From an uncultured virus (IMG/VR IMGVR_UViG_3300012012_001842) (lineage: Duplodnaviria > Heunggongvirae > Uroviricota > Caudoviricetes): 64,000 nt of DNA. The notes beneath the pieces were generated by a model. It did no database searches. It was not told the origin of the DNA and saw nothing but the letters and a program-made list of their open reading frames with translations. The position numbers were made by a program, and so were the translations under genes. Below, piece by piece: positions 16,987 to 26,159 of this stretch. The stretch's first letter is position 1; each line of letters begins with the position of its first letter. Where the stretch lies: the IMG/VR virus record IMGVR_UViG_3300012012_001842; one strand, 5' to 3'.

Positions 16987-18845
16987 ACACCACGCTGGGA
17001 CAGCTGCTTGTGAACGAAGCGTTGCCGCCGACGCTGCGGGACTACTCCCGCACACTCGACAAGAAGGCCACGGCCGAGCTGTTCGAGCGTGTCGCGCGTG
17101 AACATCCCGAGCAGTACGGACAGATCTTGAAGCGGGTGTTGGATGTCGGCCGTGAGGTGTCCTACATCACCGGCGGCAACTCGTTCGGTACCGAGCATCT
17201 GCGGCCTGGTGCGGCGACGCAGGTCGCCCGTCAACGAATCCGCGAGGCTCGTCGGCAGATTTATGACGACGATGCTTTGGACGACGACGCGAAGCAGAAG
17301 AAGCTCATGGGTGTCGTCGAGACGGCGCGGGCGAAGATGGTTGGCGATCTCTACAAGGAGAGCCTGGCCGAGAAGAACCCGTTCGCGATGCAGGTGATCT
17401 CCGGGGCGCGGGGCAGCGACACCAATCTCAGCTCGTTGCGAGGCTTCGACGGGGCCTACGAGGACCAGAACGGCGACGTCGTGCCCATCCCTGTCACGCG
17501 GAACTATGGTGAAGGGCTGACACCGGTGGAGTATTTTGCCGGCACGTTCGGAGCACGTCGTGGTGTGACCGACGTTAAGCTGGGTGTGGCAAAAGCCGGG
17601 TTCACTGCCAAGCAGTTGTCGCAGCTGGCACATCGCCTGGTGGTGTCAGCGACAGACGATGACGAGGACACAGACAACTCCAGACGTCTGGGCCTGCCGT
17701 CGCCAATCGACGACAAGGACAACGAGGGGTCGTTGCTGGCGATCGATCACGGACCGTACAAGCGCAACACCATCGTCACGCCGAAGATCGCCCGAGACTT
17801 GCAGAAGTCCGGATTTGACGAGTTGCTGCTTCGCAGTACGACAGTCGGAGGTCCGTCGGATGGTGGCGTTTACGCCAGAGACGCCGGTGTGCGCGAGCGG
17901 GGCGGTGTGGCTCCGCTGGGTGACTACATCGGCATCGCAGCGGCTGGGTCGATCTCAGAGCAGCTGACTCAAGCCGGGTTGAATTCAAAGCACAAGGGCG
18001 GAATCGCCGGCTCGGGTCCTTCCGGTTACGAGTTGCTGAGTCAGCTGGTGCAAGTACCTGAGAACTTCTCTGGTGGCGCGACGCACGCACAGCACGACGG
18101 GCACGTACAAGACATCCGCGAGGCTCCGCAGGGTGGTCAGTTCGTCACGATCAACGGTGAAGAGCACTACGTTCCGGCAAACCTCAAGCTGAGCGTTAAG
18201 GCTGGAGACACTGTCGAAGCGGGAGACACGATCAGCGCCGGCGTCCCCAATCCGTCTGAGATCGTCAAACACAAAGGGATTGGAGAGGGTCGTAAATACT
18301 TCACGCAGGCGTTTCGCAAGGCGTACGAAGAGTCCGGCATGCGATCGCACAGACGCAACATCGAACTCATCTCGCGCGGTTTGATCGATCATGTGCGAGT
18401 GACTGAGCCGTGGGAGAACTATGCGCCGGACGACATCATTCCCTATCGTGAGGCTGCCTCATTGTGGGAGCCGCGGGCTGGCTCGGCGGCTGTCGCACCG
18501 CAGAAGGCGGTTGGTAAGTATCTCGAACGGCCCACGCTCCACTACACCGTCGGTACGAAGATCAAACCGTCGATGCTCAAGACACTCGACAAGTTCGGTG
18601 TGACAGGGGTAGAGGTGCATGACGATCCGCCACCGTTTGAACCGGACATGCAGCGGGCGATGGCTTCCATCTCGACAGATCCTGACTGGATGACGAGAAT
18701 GCTAGGCAGCGGACAGAAAACCAGTCTGCTGGACGCCGTACATCGCGGAGCGGTGTCGGACACGGAGAGTACGAGTTACGTTCCGTCGCTGGCGATCGGA
18801 ACACCGTTTGGCAAGACGCCGCTTACTCAGGGATGGAAACCGTAA
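16980..18845 (+). CDS. rpoC: Phage RNA polymerase beta' C-terminal half (bridge helix, trigger loop)
   Basis: TTLGQLLVN, SGARGS, NYGEGLTPVEYF..TFGARRGVTDVKL..AKAGF (bridge helix), GIAAAGSISEQLTQAGLNSKHKGG (trigger loop), VEAGDTISAG.PNP, RRNIELISR. Confidence 0.93.
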   Translation: MLNTTLGQLLVNEALPPTLRDYSRTLDKKATAELFERVAREHPEQYGQILKRVLDVGREVSYITGGNSFGTEHLRPGAATQVARQRIREARRQIYDDDALDDDAKQKKLMGVVETARAKMVGDLYKESLAEKNPFAMQVISGARGSDTNLSSLRGFDGAYEDQNGDVVPIPVTRNYGEGLTPVEYFAGTFGARRGVTDVKLGVAKAGFTAKQLSQLAHRLVVSATDDDEDTDNSRRLGLPSPIDDKDNEGSLLAIDHGPYKRNTIVTPKIARDLQKSGFDELLLRSTTVGGPSDGGVYARDAGVRERGGVAPLGDYIGIAAAGSISEQLTQAGLNSKHKGGIAGSGPSGYELLSQLVQVPENFSGGATHAQHDGHVQDIREAPQGGQFVTINGEEHYVPANLKLSVKAGDTVEAGDTISAGVPNPSEIVKHKGIGEGRKYFTQAFRKAYEESGMRSHRRNIELISRGLIDHVRVTEPWENYAPDDIIPYREAASLWEPRAGSAAVAPQKAVGKYLERPTLHYTVGTKIKPSMLKTLDKFGVTGVEVHDDPPPFEPDMQRAMASISTDPDWMTRMLGSGQKTSLLDAVHRGAVSDTESTSYVPSLAIGTPFGKTPLTQGWKP

Positions 18846-18846
18846 C

Positions 18847-20088
18847 GTGCCACAACCAGCACCCAGCATTTTCGGCACTGACGCGAGCAGCCTCACCGGG
18901 CGGACGTCCGGACAGAAATTTCATCGCATGCCGTCTGCGCAACTGCAGTCGCAGCGATTGCAGACTCCAGCAACACCAGCTCCATTGCCACCCCCGCCCA
19001 GGCCGCAGAAGCCGACCGTTAGCTTCGGGCCACAGGCTGCCTTGGGTGGCTTGGGTGGATTGGCGGCGGCTGGCGGAGGGTTGCTTCGCGGCGCTTCATC
19101 AGGGCTGGGATCGGCCGGACCGCAGACGGTGACACAACAGCCACCTGCGGCGGCACAACCTGCGGCGGCACAACCTGCTGCGGTACAACCAGCAGCACCC
19201 CTGGACCCGTTTAGCCTGCCGGCCGTGCAGCACAGCAATTCGAGATTTGTCAGACCGCTCAATTGGGCTGATCGCGGCGAGGAGGCAATGGGCTACCTGG
19301 GCGACGCCCAGCAGTATCTTGGAGACGCCGGACTGGCAATGGCCGCTCCAACACTGGCAGCGGCCGGCGCCCACGCAGTCAAGTCTGCGCCAGCGGCACT
19401 CTCAGCCGCCTACCGCGGCGCGACGCTGGCCAACACCGGTACCGGGTTGTTGAACGCTGGTCGCAGTTTGCCGGGCGCTGTGCGGGCTGTTCCAGGCGCT
19501 GTGAAAAGTCTGTCCGGGCTGTCGCAGGCCCGAGCTATGCCGTTGAGCGGTCTGACAGGTCTGCTGAAATCTCCAGTAATGCAGGGCTTTGGAAAAATAC
19601 TCGGCAAGGTGAACCCGATTACGAACGCCGTCTACGGGGCTTACGCCCTCGGAGACGTCGGCCGCAGCGCCTACAACCTTTACAACGGCACGGAGAGTTT
19701 GGACCAGATTCAGAACGACGCGATGAATCGCGGCTATCTCGGCAACGTCGGTCACAATTTGAACAGACCTGGCCAGGCTGCAATTGCCCTCGGACACGGT
19801 GCTGTTGCCGCTCCGATGGAGCTCGCCCAGGCGCACGCCAGAGCGGCGGCGCTGAACATGCAAGTACGTGACCAGCAGGCTGCTCGCCAGCAAACCAACA
19901 CTCAAGCGTTCAACTCTGGATCGATGACGCCGCAGCAACACGTCGATCATTGGGACAGAATGCGGAAGCTTCCACTCGCCACGCAGGCAAAAATAGTACA
20001 AGATAGCGCTCAGAGTCGCGCAGCCGCCTCGTTGCTGAGAGGTCCGTCACCTGAACCAGCCAGACCTTACGTCAATCACGGTTTCTGA
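18847..20088 (+). CDS. Low-complexity Ala/Gly-rich amphipathic protein, putative ejection protein
   Basis: GTG at 18847 after the RNAP stop; ALGGLGGLAAAGGG; QPAAA repeats. Confidence 0.55.
   Translation: MPQPAPSIFGTDASSLTGRTSGQKFHRMPSAQLQSQRLQTPATPAPLPPPPRPQKPTVSFGPQAALGGLGGLAAAGGGLLRGASSGLGSAGPQTVTQQPPAAAQPAAAQPAAVQPAAPLDPFSLPAVQHSNSRFVRPLNWADRGEEAMGYLGDAQQYLGDAGLAMAAPTLAAAGAHAVKSAPAALSAAYRGATLANTGTGLLNAGRSLPGAVRAVPGAVKSLSGLSQARAMPLSGLTGLLKSPVMQGFGKILGKVNPITNAVYGAYALGDVGRSAYNLYNGTESLDQIQNDAMNRGYLGNVGHNLNRPGQAAIALGHGAVAAPMELAQAHARAAALNMQVRDQQAARQQTNTQAFNSGSMTPQQHVDHWDRMRKLPLATQAKIVQDSAQSRAAASLLRGPSPEPARPYVNHGF
19143..19197 (+). repeat. 15-bp coding tandem repeat (about 3.5 copies, QPAAA)
   Basis: acctgcggcggcaca x2 plus degenerate copies. 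Confidence 0.7.
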
Positions 20089-20110
20089 CAAAACGTCAAG
20101 GACAGATCGC

Positions 20111-22306
20111 ATGCCAGTAGCAACCAAGAAGATTGCCGAGATCGGCGGAGACGGACAGGGCGACAATTTCGAGCAGTCGTTTTCGAGTCTCGCGCACGCC
20201 TACAACCACGAGTCTGCGCCTAGTCTGGAGCAGCACGAACTCGGCTTCCAGATGCTGGAGCGCTCCGACGACGGCGAGCGAGCCGCCGGAATCACCGGCT
20301 TCCAGGTTGGCGATCAGTTGATCTACGCCCCTGTGTTCTGGCTGACTGGCCGGATCAAGGGTCACGAACTGCTGTACCTGCACAATCACGATCTGTTCAT
20401 CCCGAACAAGGAGAACTGGATCAACGAGATGATGCAGAAGCGGGCTCCTCGCGTAGGCGAAGCCGTCACGAGAAATCCGCGACGACTCGGCATCCGCCAG
20501 CCCGACCTGCGACGCATGACGCGGTCCCCGTACAAGTTCGCGTCATTTCGCGGTCCGGCCTGGGCGCGGACAGCCGCTGAACGCCTGGCCGAAATTGCCA
20601 CAGAGAACATTAAACCTGAGTCCAGCTCGTTGCTGGACTTCATCAAGGAGGCTGGACAAGCGGGAGTGCTGGCGTTCAAGAAGCTGGCCGATCACAGCCC
20701 GGAGATCGCTGCCGCCGCGCACAATTTCCATGGCGACGCCTTGCTGGACGCTCTTTCCGCAGCCTCCAAAGCTCGCGTTGAGAAGAAGGCTGCCATCAAG
20801 TCGTTGAAGACTGACCCGCGTCCTGGTTTGCGGATCATCTCTGTGCGGCTGTCGGTCTCCGGCAATGAACCTGTCGACTTGTCCGAACTCGACAAAGAGA
20901 AGCTGATGCGGGACGGCGCGCTGATCCACGATAAGCGGCCTGATGCGGAAGTGTCTAAGGCGTACCGGGAGGACACTGCTGTACGGCTGTTCAACCCGGA
21001 CACGGCTGGAGTCTACGATGTCATCACAGCCAAAGGCGACGTAGAGAAGTGCCTCGTGCTGCCAAAGCCGTGGTCTACGCACGGTCGCATGGATTACACG
21101 CTTGTGGTCTCGCTGGATGACGGCAAGCGAGTTGCGCAGGCGGCCTACAACAAGGTCTGGGCAACCGAAGCGCTACCACACTCTGAGTTCGTGGACGCGA
21201 TCGACAAGCTCGTCACAGCGGACTCGCTGGACGGTAACGAACAGTCAAAGCTCGTCATCGTGAGTACGACAGGTGTCTGCAGCGTGCCGCTGCGAATCGG
21301 CCGCGTGGTGTGGAGCGCAGACGGCATCGTCACCTACGACATCAACGGTCAGGAGAGTCGGGATCACCTCGGTGACAGCCGCATCAAGGGCGTCGACTAC
21401 TGTTGCGACAAGAAGTTGATCGTGGACAACACTGATACCACTCGATTCCGCACGCTGGACAGCAAACTCTACGTGCCGAACTCGGCGAAAGTGCTACGGG
21501 TGTCGTCCAGCTACGACGACCAGTTGGAACTCGGCGACGCCTCCGATTTGAAGTCGGCCATTGGTCGTTCGATGTCCAAGCTGGCTGTTTACCGCTCCGG
21601 CAACGAAGTGGTCATCAGCACAGCGACCGGTCAGTCGCACTCCATGTCGCCTTACGAGGGCTTGGCCCAACTTGTGATGCACCACGGTTTGCGTGAGTCA
21701 GCCGCCCGCGATCTGCTCAAGCAAGCCGACGCACGTCGTAAAGTGTCGTGCCTGGTCAAGTACGCCGAGCCGTACATGCGTGATGTTGATCAGTACGGAC
21801 CGGCTTCCGACCTCGACGACGCCGAGGGCGCGTGGACGATGAGCAGCGGCGAGTCTGTAGCTGAACGTCAGAACCAGCAGATTCACTCCCGTGTGGACAT
21901 GCCGGAAGAAGAGCAGCGACAAGCTGAGCCGGTGCATTACGTGGATGACGGCCTGGAGATCGCTCAACAGGCGTCCCAGTCCGGTCAGAAAGACGTATTC
22001 GACGCCTCGACACTGACCACCATGCTGCGGAACATGCGGGACGATCAGCTCATCGACCGGTTCATTCCGGCGCTGACTCGCGCGATGGACGCTTCCGGTC
22101 GGCTGTTGTTTCAGTTCTACTGGCACCAGGAGGACTTCTCCGAACGGTACGGCGAACGTGACCTGCCGGAGATGGAAGACGCCATCCGCAACATGTTCGA
22201 GGGCCTCGGTGACCTCGTATTGAAACTCAAACAGAAGAGCGTGCATCCAGAACTCGGCGACGACGAGTTGGGTGTCTCCCTCAATGACCTGGCAGGAGCT
22301 AGCTGA
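20111..22306 (+). CDS. Large head-region protein of unknown function
   Basis: 731-aa ORF with KIAE, KFAS, KEAG, KKAA, KQAD and KYAE motifs. Confidence 0.7.
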   Translation: MPVATKKIAEIGGDGQGDNFEQSFSSLAHAYNHESAPSLEQHELGFQMLERSDDGERAAGITGFQVGDQLIYAPVFWLTGRIKGHELLYLHNHDLFIPNKENWINEMMQKRAPRVGEAVTRNPRRLGIRQPDLRRMTRSPYKFASFRGPAWARTAAERLAEIATENIKPESSSLLDFIKEAGQAGVLAFKKLADHSPEIAAAAHNFHGDALLDALSAASKARVEKKAAIKSLKTDPRPGLRIISVRLSVSGNEPVDLSELDKEKLMRDGALIHDKRPDAEVSKAYREDTAVRLFNPDTAGVYDVITAKGDVEKCLVLPKPWSTHGRMDYTLVVSLDDGKRVAQAAYNKVWATEALPHSEFVDAIDKLVTADSLDGNEQSKLVIVSTTGVCSVPLRIGRVVWSADGIVTYDINGQESRDHLGDSRIKGVDYCCDKKLIVDNTDTTRFRTLDSKLYVPNSAKVLRVSSSYDDQLELGDASDLKSAIGRSMSKLAVYRSGNEVVISTATGQSHSMSPYEGLAQLVMHHGLRESAARDLLKQADARRKVSCLVKYAEPYMRDVDQYGPASDLDDAEGAWTMSSGESVAERQNQQIHSRVDMPEEEQRQAEPVHYVDDGLEIAQQASQSGQKDVFDASTLTTMLRNMRDDQLIDRFIPALTRAMDASGRLLFQFYWHQEDFSERYGERDLPEMEDAIRNMFEGLGDLVLKLKQKSVHPELGDDELGVSLNDLAGAS

Positions 22307-22719
22307 TGCCGAAGAATTTTGTGACGCCCCTAGTTGGACTCGGATCAGGTTCCGAGATCAGACTTATCGGAGCCGCTGTTGGTGAAGGCAGGTTGCACTC
22401 GGTGACTGTCATTCAGACGGCGGGCACCTCAGCTGGCTTTGACGTCGAGGTGTTGGCAGCCAAAGGGGCCTGCCCGCCGAACTTCCCCGCCGCCGACGCG
22501 GCAACCGCACCGCCCGGCGACGCCAAGCTGTACAGAGTCATCTCGCCACTGGCGGCGTCGTCTGGAGTCGCTCAATGGTTCAGCGACGAAGGGCAGCCGT
22601 TCGAGAACTATGACAGCACGTCCCGCACAGCGGTGAATGCCATCTATGTCCGGATCACCCCCTCGGGCGGTGTCGTTGGTAAGACGTTCGACGTCTCCCT
22701 CGGGATCGAAGCCCTGTGA
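22306..22719 (+). CDS. Hypothetical beta-rich protein
   Basis: TGATG overlap, AGGAG RBS. Confidence 0.6.
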   Translation: MPKNFVTPLVGLGSGSEIRLIGAAVGEGRLHSVTVIQTAGTSAGFDVEVLAAKGACPPNFPAADAATAPPGDAKLYRVISPLAASSGVAQWFSDEGQPFENYDSTSRTAVNAIYVRITPSGGVVGKTFDVSLGIEAL

Positions 22720-23672
22720 GTATTGACCTGTCTCGTCACAATCCGTGGCGTCCGGCAGACTGGCGTTGGCAGCGAGCCCGCAAAATTGCAGCGGGTGAGC
22801 TGCGGCTCAGCAGCCGCATGGACGACAAGCACGTCCGTCGCGCTTTGCGGTTGGCTCGCGATGTCGTGGACGAGACCACGCCAGCCGGGCAGGACGCTGT
22901 CGCCAACGCCGACCCGTCTCTGTACTGGGCCTATGTTCTGCACCGGCAGTCGTCGCCAGCTTGTCGCGCGGAGATCGAAGCTCGCATTATCTCGGGCGAG
23001 ATCGAGGACGAGTTGCTGCGTCGAGTGGGCGTGTCTCACGAAGTGCTGCAGACGTACGAGCGCGTGTTCTTCGACGTCCGGGACCGACTCTGTACGCCGG
23101 CCTATGTGCTCAACATCATCATCGGTGAGGCGATGCACAAGGGTCTGTCCGAGAAAGACTACCCGACGCTGTGGAAGTTCTATGGCTACACCTACGGCCC
23201 CCGCATGCTCGACTCACTGATCGGGCAGGCGATCGCACCGTACAAGCCTCGAACGGCTGGCGAGGTCAAATACGCTTGGCAGGATGACGGCATCGGCTCC
23301 ATCTTGCGCAAGCAGGCAATCGCAGCGCGAACCGTACCTGTCAACATGTTCACGCAGTTGGACATCTTGCAGGTCTACAGCAAATTTGTGGAGATCGACC
23401 GGGCAGCTGGTCAGGATCGCGCCAGCTCGCAGCCTGAATCGGTGCTGGCTGGAATCGAAGCCATGCTGAAGGCACTGCCGGTTGACGTCGGCCCGTATGC
23501 CAGACTGCGTGTAGACTCGACCACGCTGTCAAAGTACGATGCAGGCGCGGGTGAACTCAGCGCCAAGCAATTGCTGCTGGCGGCACAGGATATAGAGTCG
23601 GTGCAGGACGCGGAGTTCGAGACGCTCACATACCCTGAGGTGCATGATGCAACGATTGAGCAAGGAAGCTGA
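22716..23672 (+). CDS. Hypothetical protein
   Basis: GTGA overlap; 318 aa. Confidence 0.65.
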   Translation: MSIDLSRHNPWRPADWRWQRARKIAAGELRLSSRMDDKHVRRALRLARDVVDETTPAGQDAVANADPSLYWAYVLHRQSSPACRAEIEARIISGEIEDELLRRVGVSHEVLQTYERVFFDVRDRLCTPAYVLNIIIGEAMHKGLSEKDYPTLWKFYGYTYGPRMLDSLIGQAIAPYKPRTAGEVKYAWQDDGIGSILRKQAIAARTVPVNMFTQLDILQVYSKFVEIDRAAGQDRASSQPESVLAGIEAMLKALPVDVGPYARLRVDSTTLSKYDAGAGELSAKQLLLAAQDIESVQDAEFETLTYPEVHDATIEQGS

Positions 23673-25092
23673 GAGTAAGATCGCGTTGGCTCTGGACAAG
23701 ATCGCCGACTTGGTCGACTCGGGCGAGCACCCGACGGACGCTGTTGTCGCAGCTGCCAAAAGCCACGGGCTGACAGCCAACTACGCCAAGCTCGCCGCCG
23801 TGGCCTACAACACCGGCCGCTCTGCAGTCCAACGTGACTCTTCGTCGGATACATTTGGACGCGGCGGGGAGTTCGAGCTGGCCGATCCGGAACTGATCGG
23901 ACAGCAGCTGGAGGTCACCAAAACAGCAGCGGCATCCGATGAAGTGTCGGACGAGTACTCCCGACCGCCAACATTCATTCGCGAGCACCACCAGCGGCAG
24001 AAGTTCGCTCAGGTCGTCATCCCTCCGCTCAACGTCAAGTACGGCACATTGCCGAAGTACGACGGCGATGATTTTGAGAAAGCTCGCGGCGACGTTCAGC
24101 GATCGCAGGCCAAGCTGGGACAGTGCGATCAGATCTTTGACAGACTCTGCAACGACCTCGACGCCGGTCTGGAGAAGTTCGCCGCTCACCTCACCGGCAT
24201 CTACGCTCCGGCTGTAGCGACGCTGCGCAAGGTGGCGGCGATTCGCGGGGATGCGAATGTCTCCGCTGTGCTGTCAGAGTTGTGCTTGCGTCAGCCGAAG
24301 TTGTCCAAGCGAGCGGCCAGCACCAGCGTGTCGCTGTCGATCGATGAGCAGAAGGCGTACTCCGCCGCTGTCGAGTTGGCTTCCGCTGCTGATCGAGTGC
24401 TGCGGGCTTCTCAGGCTGTTGAGTCGGCCAAGACGGCAGCTGCCAAAACTATCACTGAGGCCGTCTCGCCACACGTGCGCGGCATTGTAAGCCGCAACAA
24501 CGATCCCTGGGCGTCGCTGAACGTCGTGCCGGAGTTCGACAAGCGATCTGCTGCGGTTCCGCTGCAGGCGGCGCTGGGTTACTACATGGGCCAGCAGGGG
24601 GGTCACCCGAGCAACAACGACGATCAGGTCGAAGCTCACATGGCGGCGTTGGATGATCCGCAGCAGGCTCAGCGGCTGTCAGCCATCAACGCGCGTACGG
24701 CTGTCGAAGGTCTGATGGCCTCCGACCCCGTACTGCGAGGCTACCACCCCGACGACGTGATCGAGTCGTACAATGACATCGTGCAGGCGTCTCCGCGAGT
24801 GGCCGACCAGAAGCTGTTCTTGCAAAGCGCCCTGCGGCGTCACCTGTCCCAAGGTGGATCGCTCGACCCAGCAGACATTCGCGAGAACATCTACGGGTTG
24901 GACAAACCTCTTCGAGAAATGCAGTCGCCGGCGGACATCAAGCCCACGCAGCCGATCAAAACCCGCGACCGCATGGGCGTGTTGCAGCAATCCATGCAGC
25001 TGTCTCCGACGCGGGCTGCCCAGAGTATGTGGGGCGGCACGAACGGTAAACAGAAGCAACAACTCAACGGTGAGGAGAACGCCGCCCCATGA
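23644..25092 (+). CDS. Helical head-region protein with many K-x-A motifs
   Basis: SKEAE, TKTAA, QKFAQ, RKVAA, SKRAA, AKTAA, DKRSA. Confidence 0.65.
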   Translation: MMQRLSKEAESKIALALDKIADLVDSGEHPTDAVVAAAKSHGLTANYAKLAAVAYNTGRSAVQRDSSSDTFGRGGEFELADPELIGQQLEVTKTAAASDEVSDEYSRPPTFIREHHQRQKFAQVVIPPLNVKYGTLPKYDGDDFEKARGDVQRSQAKLGQCDQIFDRLCNDLDAGLEKFAAHLTGIYAPAVATLRKVAAIRGDANVSAVLSELCLRQPKLSKRAASTSVSLSIDEQKAYSAAVELASAADRVLRASQAVESAKTAAAKTITEAVSPHVRGIVSRNNDPWASLNVVPEFDKRSAAVPLQAALGYYMGQQGGHPSNNDDQVEAHMAALDDPQQAQRLSAINARTAVEGLMASDPVLRGYHPDDVIESYNDIVQASPRVADQKLFLQSALRRHLSQGGSLDPADIRENIYGLDKPLREMQSPADIKPTQPIKTRDRMGVLQQSMQLSPTRAAQSMWGGTNGKQKQQLNGEENAAP

Positions 25093-26159
25093 ACAAGTTT
25101 GCCTCACTCGTATCCGGCAGCAACGAGGACGCTCTGTCCCAGATTGCCGCCGTGGTCGTCGTACATCGCCGTCTCAACAAAGTTGCCGCAGGTGGAACGT
25201 CAGGCAGTTCCGTGCCGACGACGCTTGGTGAAGCCGGCGCACTGGCTTCCAGTACTATCCCGTCTGCTTTGGCTAACGTGGGGTACCTCGCGCCGCTTGG
25301 CGCCGCCGCGATGGGCGGGCTGAGTCTGTACCGGGAGTCCCAAAAGCCGAAGGAGCGAAGGCGCTACTCGAACGCCTTGGTGGACGCCGGTATTGGCGGG
25401 GCTCTCGGTTCAGTGCCGTGGCTGGTGGGTCATCTTCTGGCAAACGGTGACACGGAGACTCCAACACCGAAGACGTGGGGTAACCTGCCTGGGCGAATTC
25501 CGGGGATGATCACCGGAGCCGCCAACACTGCAGTGCATGCTCCTGGGCAAGTGATGCCAAACGGCAGCACTGCTGTCGGCGCAGCGACACAGCCATTCCT
25601 TTATCGATACCTGTCCAAGGGCAATCCGGACGGACCGTCCATCAGGGCGGTGGGCGGTGAAGGTGGAATGCCCGGCGGACGTTTACTTGGCGGTTGGTCG
25701 CAAGTTCAGGGCAACGACGCCTCCGCGATTGTCGGCGGCAAGCCAGGCATCAAGCACAACGTGCTGGGTGACTTGCAGAACCCAGCTGGCGTGAAGCTCG
25801 GACCGAGCGACAGATTCCCAGTTGAGCAGGCACTCAACAAAATGCGAGACAGCGCTGGAGCGGTTCGCAATGCCACACTCGCCGCCAAACACGGCCTGCC
25901 GGCGTCGGGTACGTTCAGCTGGCGCGATCGGTACTTGCCGAACTTCAACCGCGGCGGCGGTCTTTACGCCAAGCCGATCATGCTGACAGACGCAGCATCT
26001 CTGGAGCACATCTCTAAGAACTGGCAGAAGGCACCGGCGCCAACCGGGCTGCTCGGCAATCTAGGCACAGCCTCGAAACACTTGCGAGGGTTAGCTTCGC
26101 TGGCGCCTGTGATAATCGGCGCCGTGGCCGACAACAACCTGCTAGGCACCAAGGAATGA
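25089..26159 (+). CDS. Glycine-zipper protein, putative ejection protein
   Basis: MNKFAS, NKVAA; LGAAAMGGLSL and AGIGGALG segments. Confidence 0.55.
   Translation: MNKFASLVSGSNEDALSQIAAVVVVHRRLNKVAAGGTSGSSVPTTLGEAGALASSTIPSALANVGYLAPLGAAAMGGLSLYRESQKPKERRRYSNALVDAGIGGALGSVPWLVGHLLANGDTETPTPKTWGNLPGRIPGMITGAANTAVHAPGQVMPNGSTAVGAATQPFLYRYLSKGNPDGPSIRAVGGEGGMPGGRLLGGWSQVQGNDASAIVGGKPGIKHNVLGDLQNPAGVKLGPSDRFPVEQALNKMRDSAGAVRNATLAAKHGLPASGTFSWRDRYLPNFNRGGGLYAKPIMLTDAASLEHISKNWQKAPAPTGLLGNLGTASKHLRGLASLAPVIIGAVADNNLLGTKE

Noticed and set aside
11475..18845. Host chromosomal rpoB-rpoC operon
   Set aside because: No ribosomal protein or nusG neighbours, strongly diverged motifs, and surrounded by virion genes.
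20111..25092. Portal or terminase assignment for the large head-region ORFs
   Set aside because: No Walker A/B or recognisable portal motifs; left as unknown.
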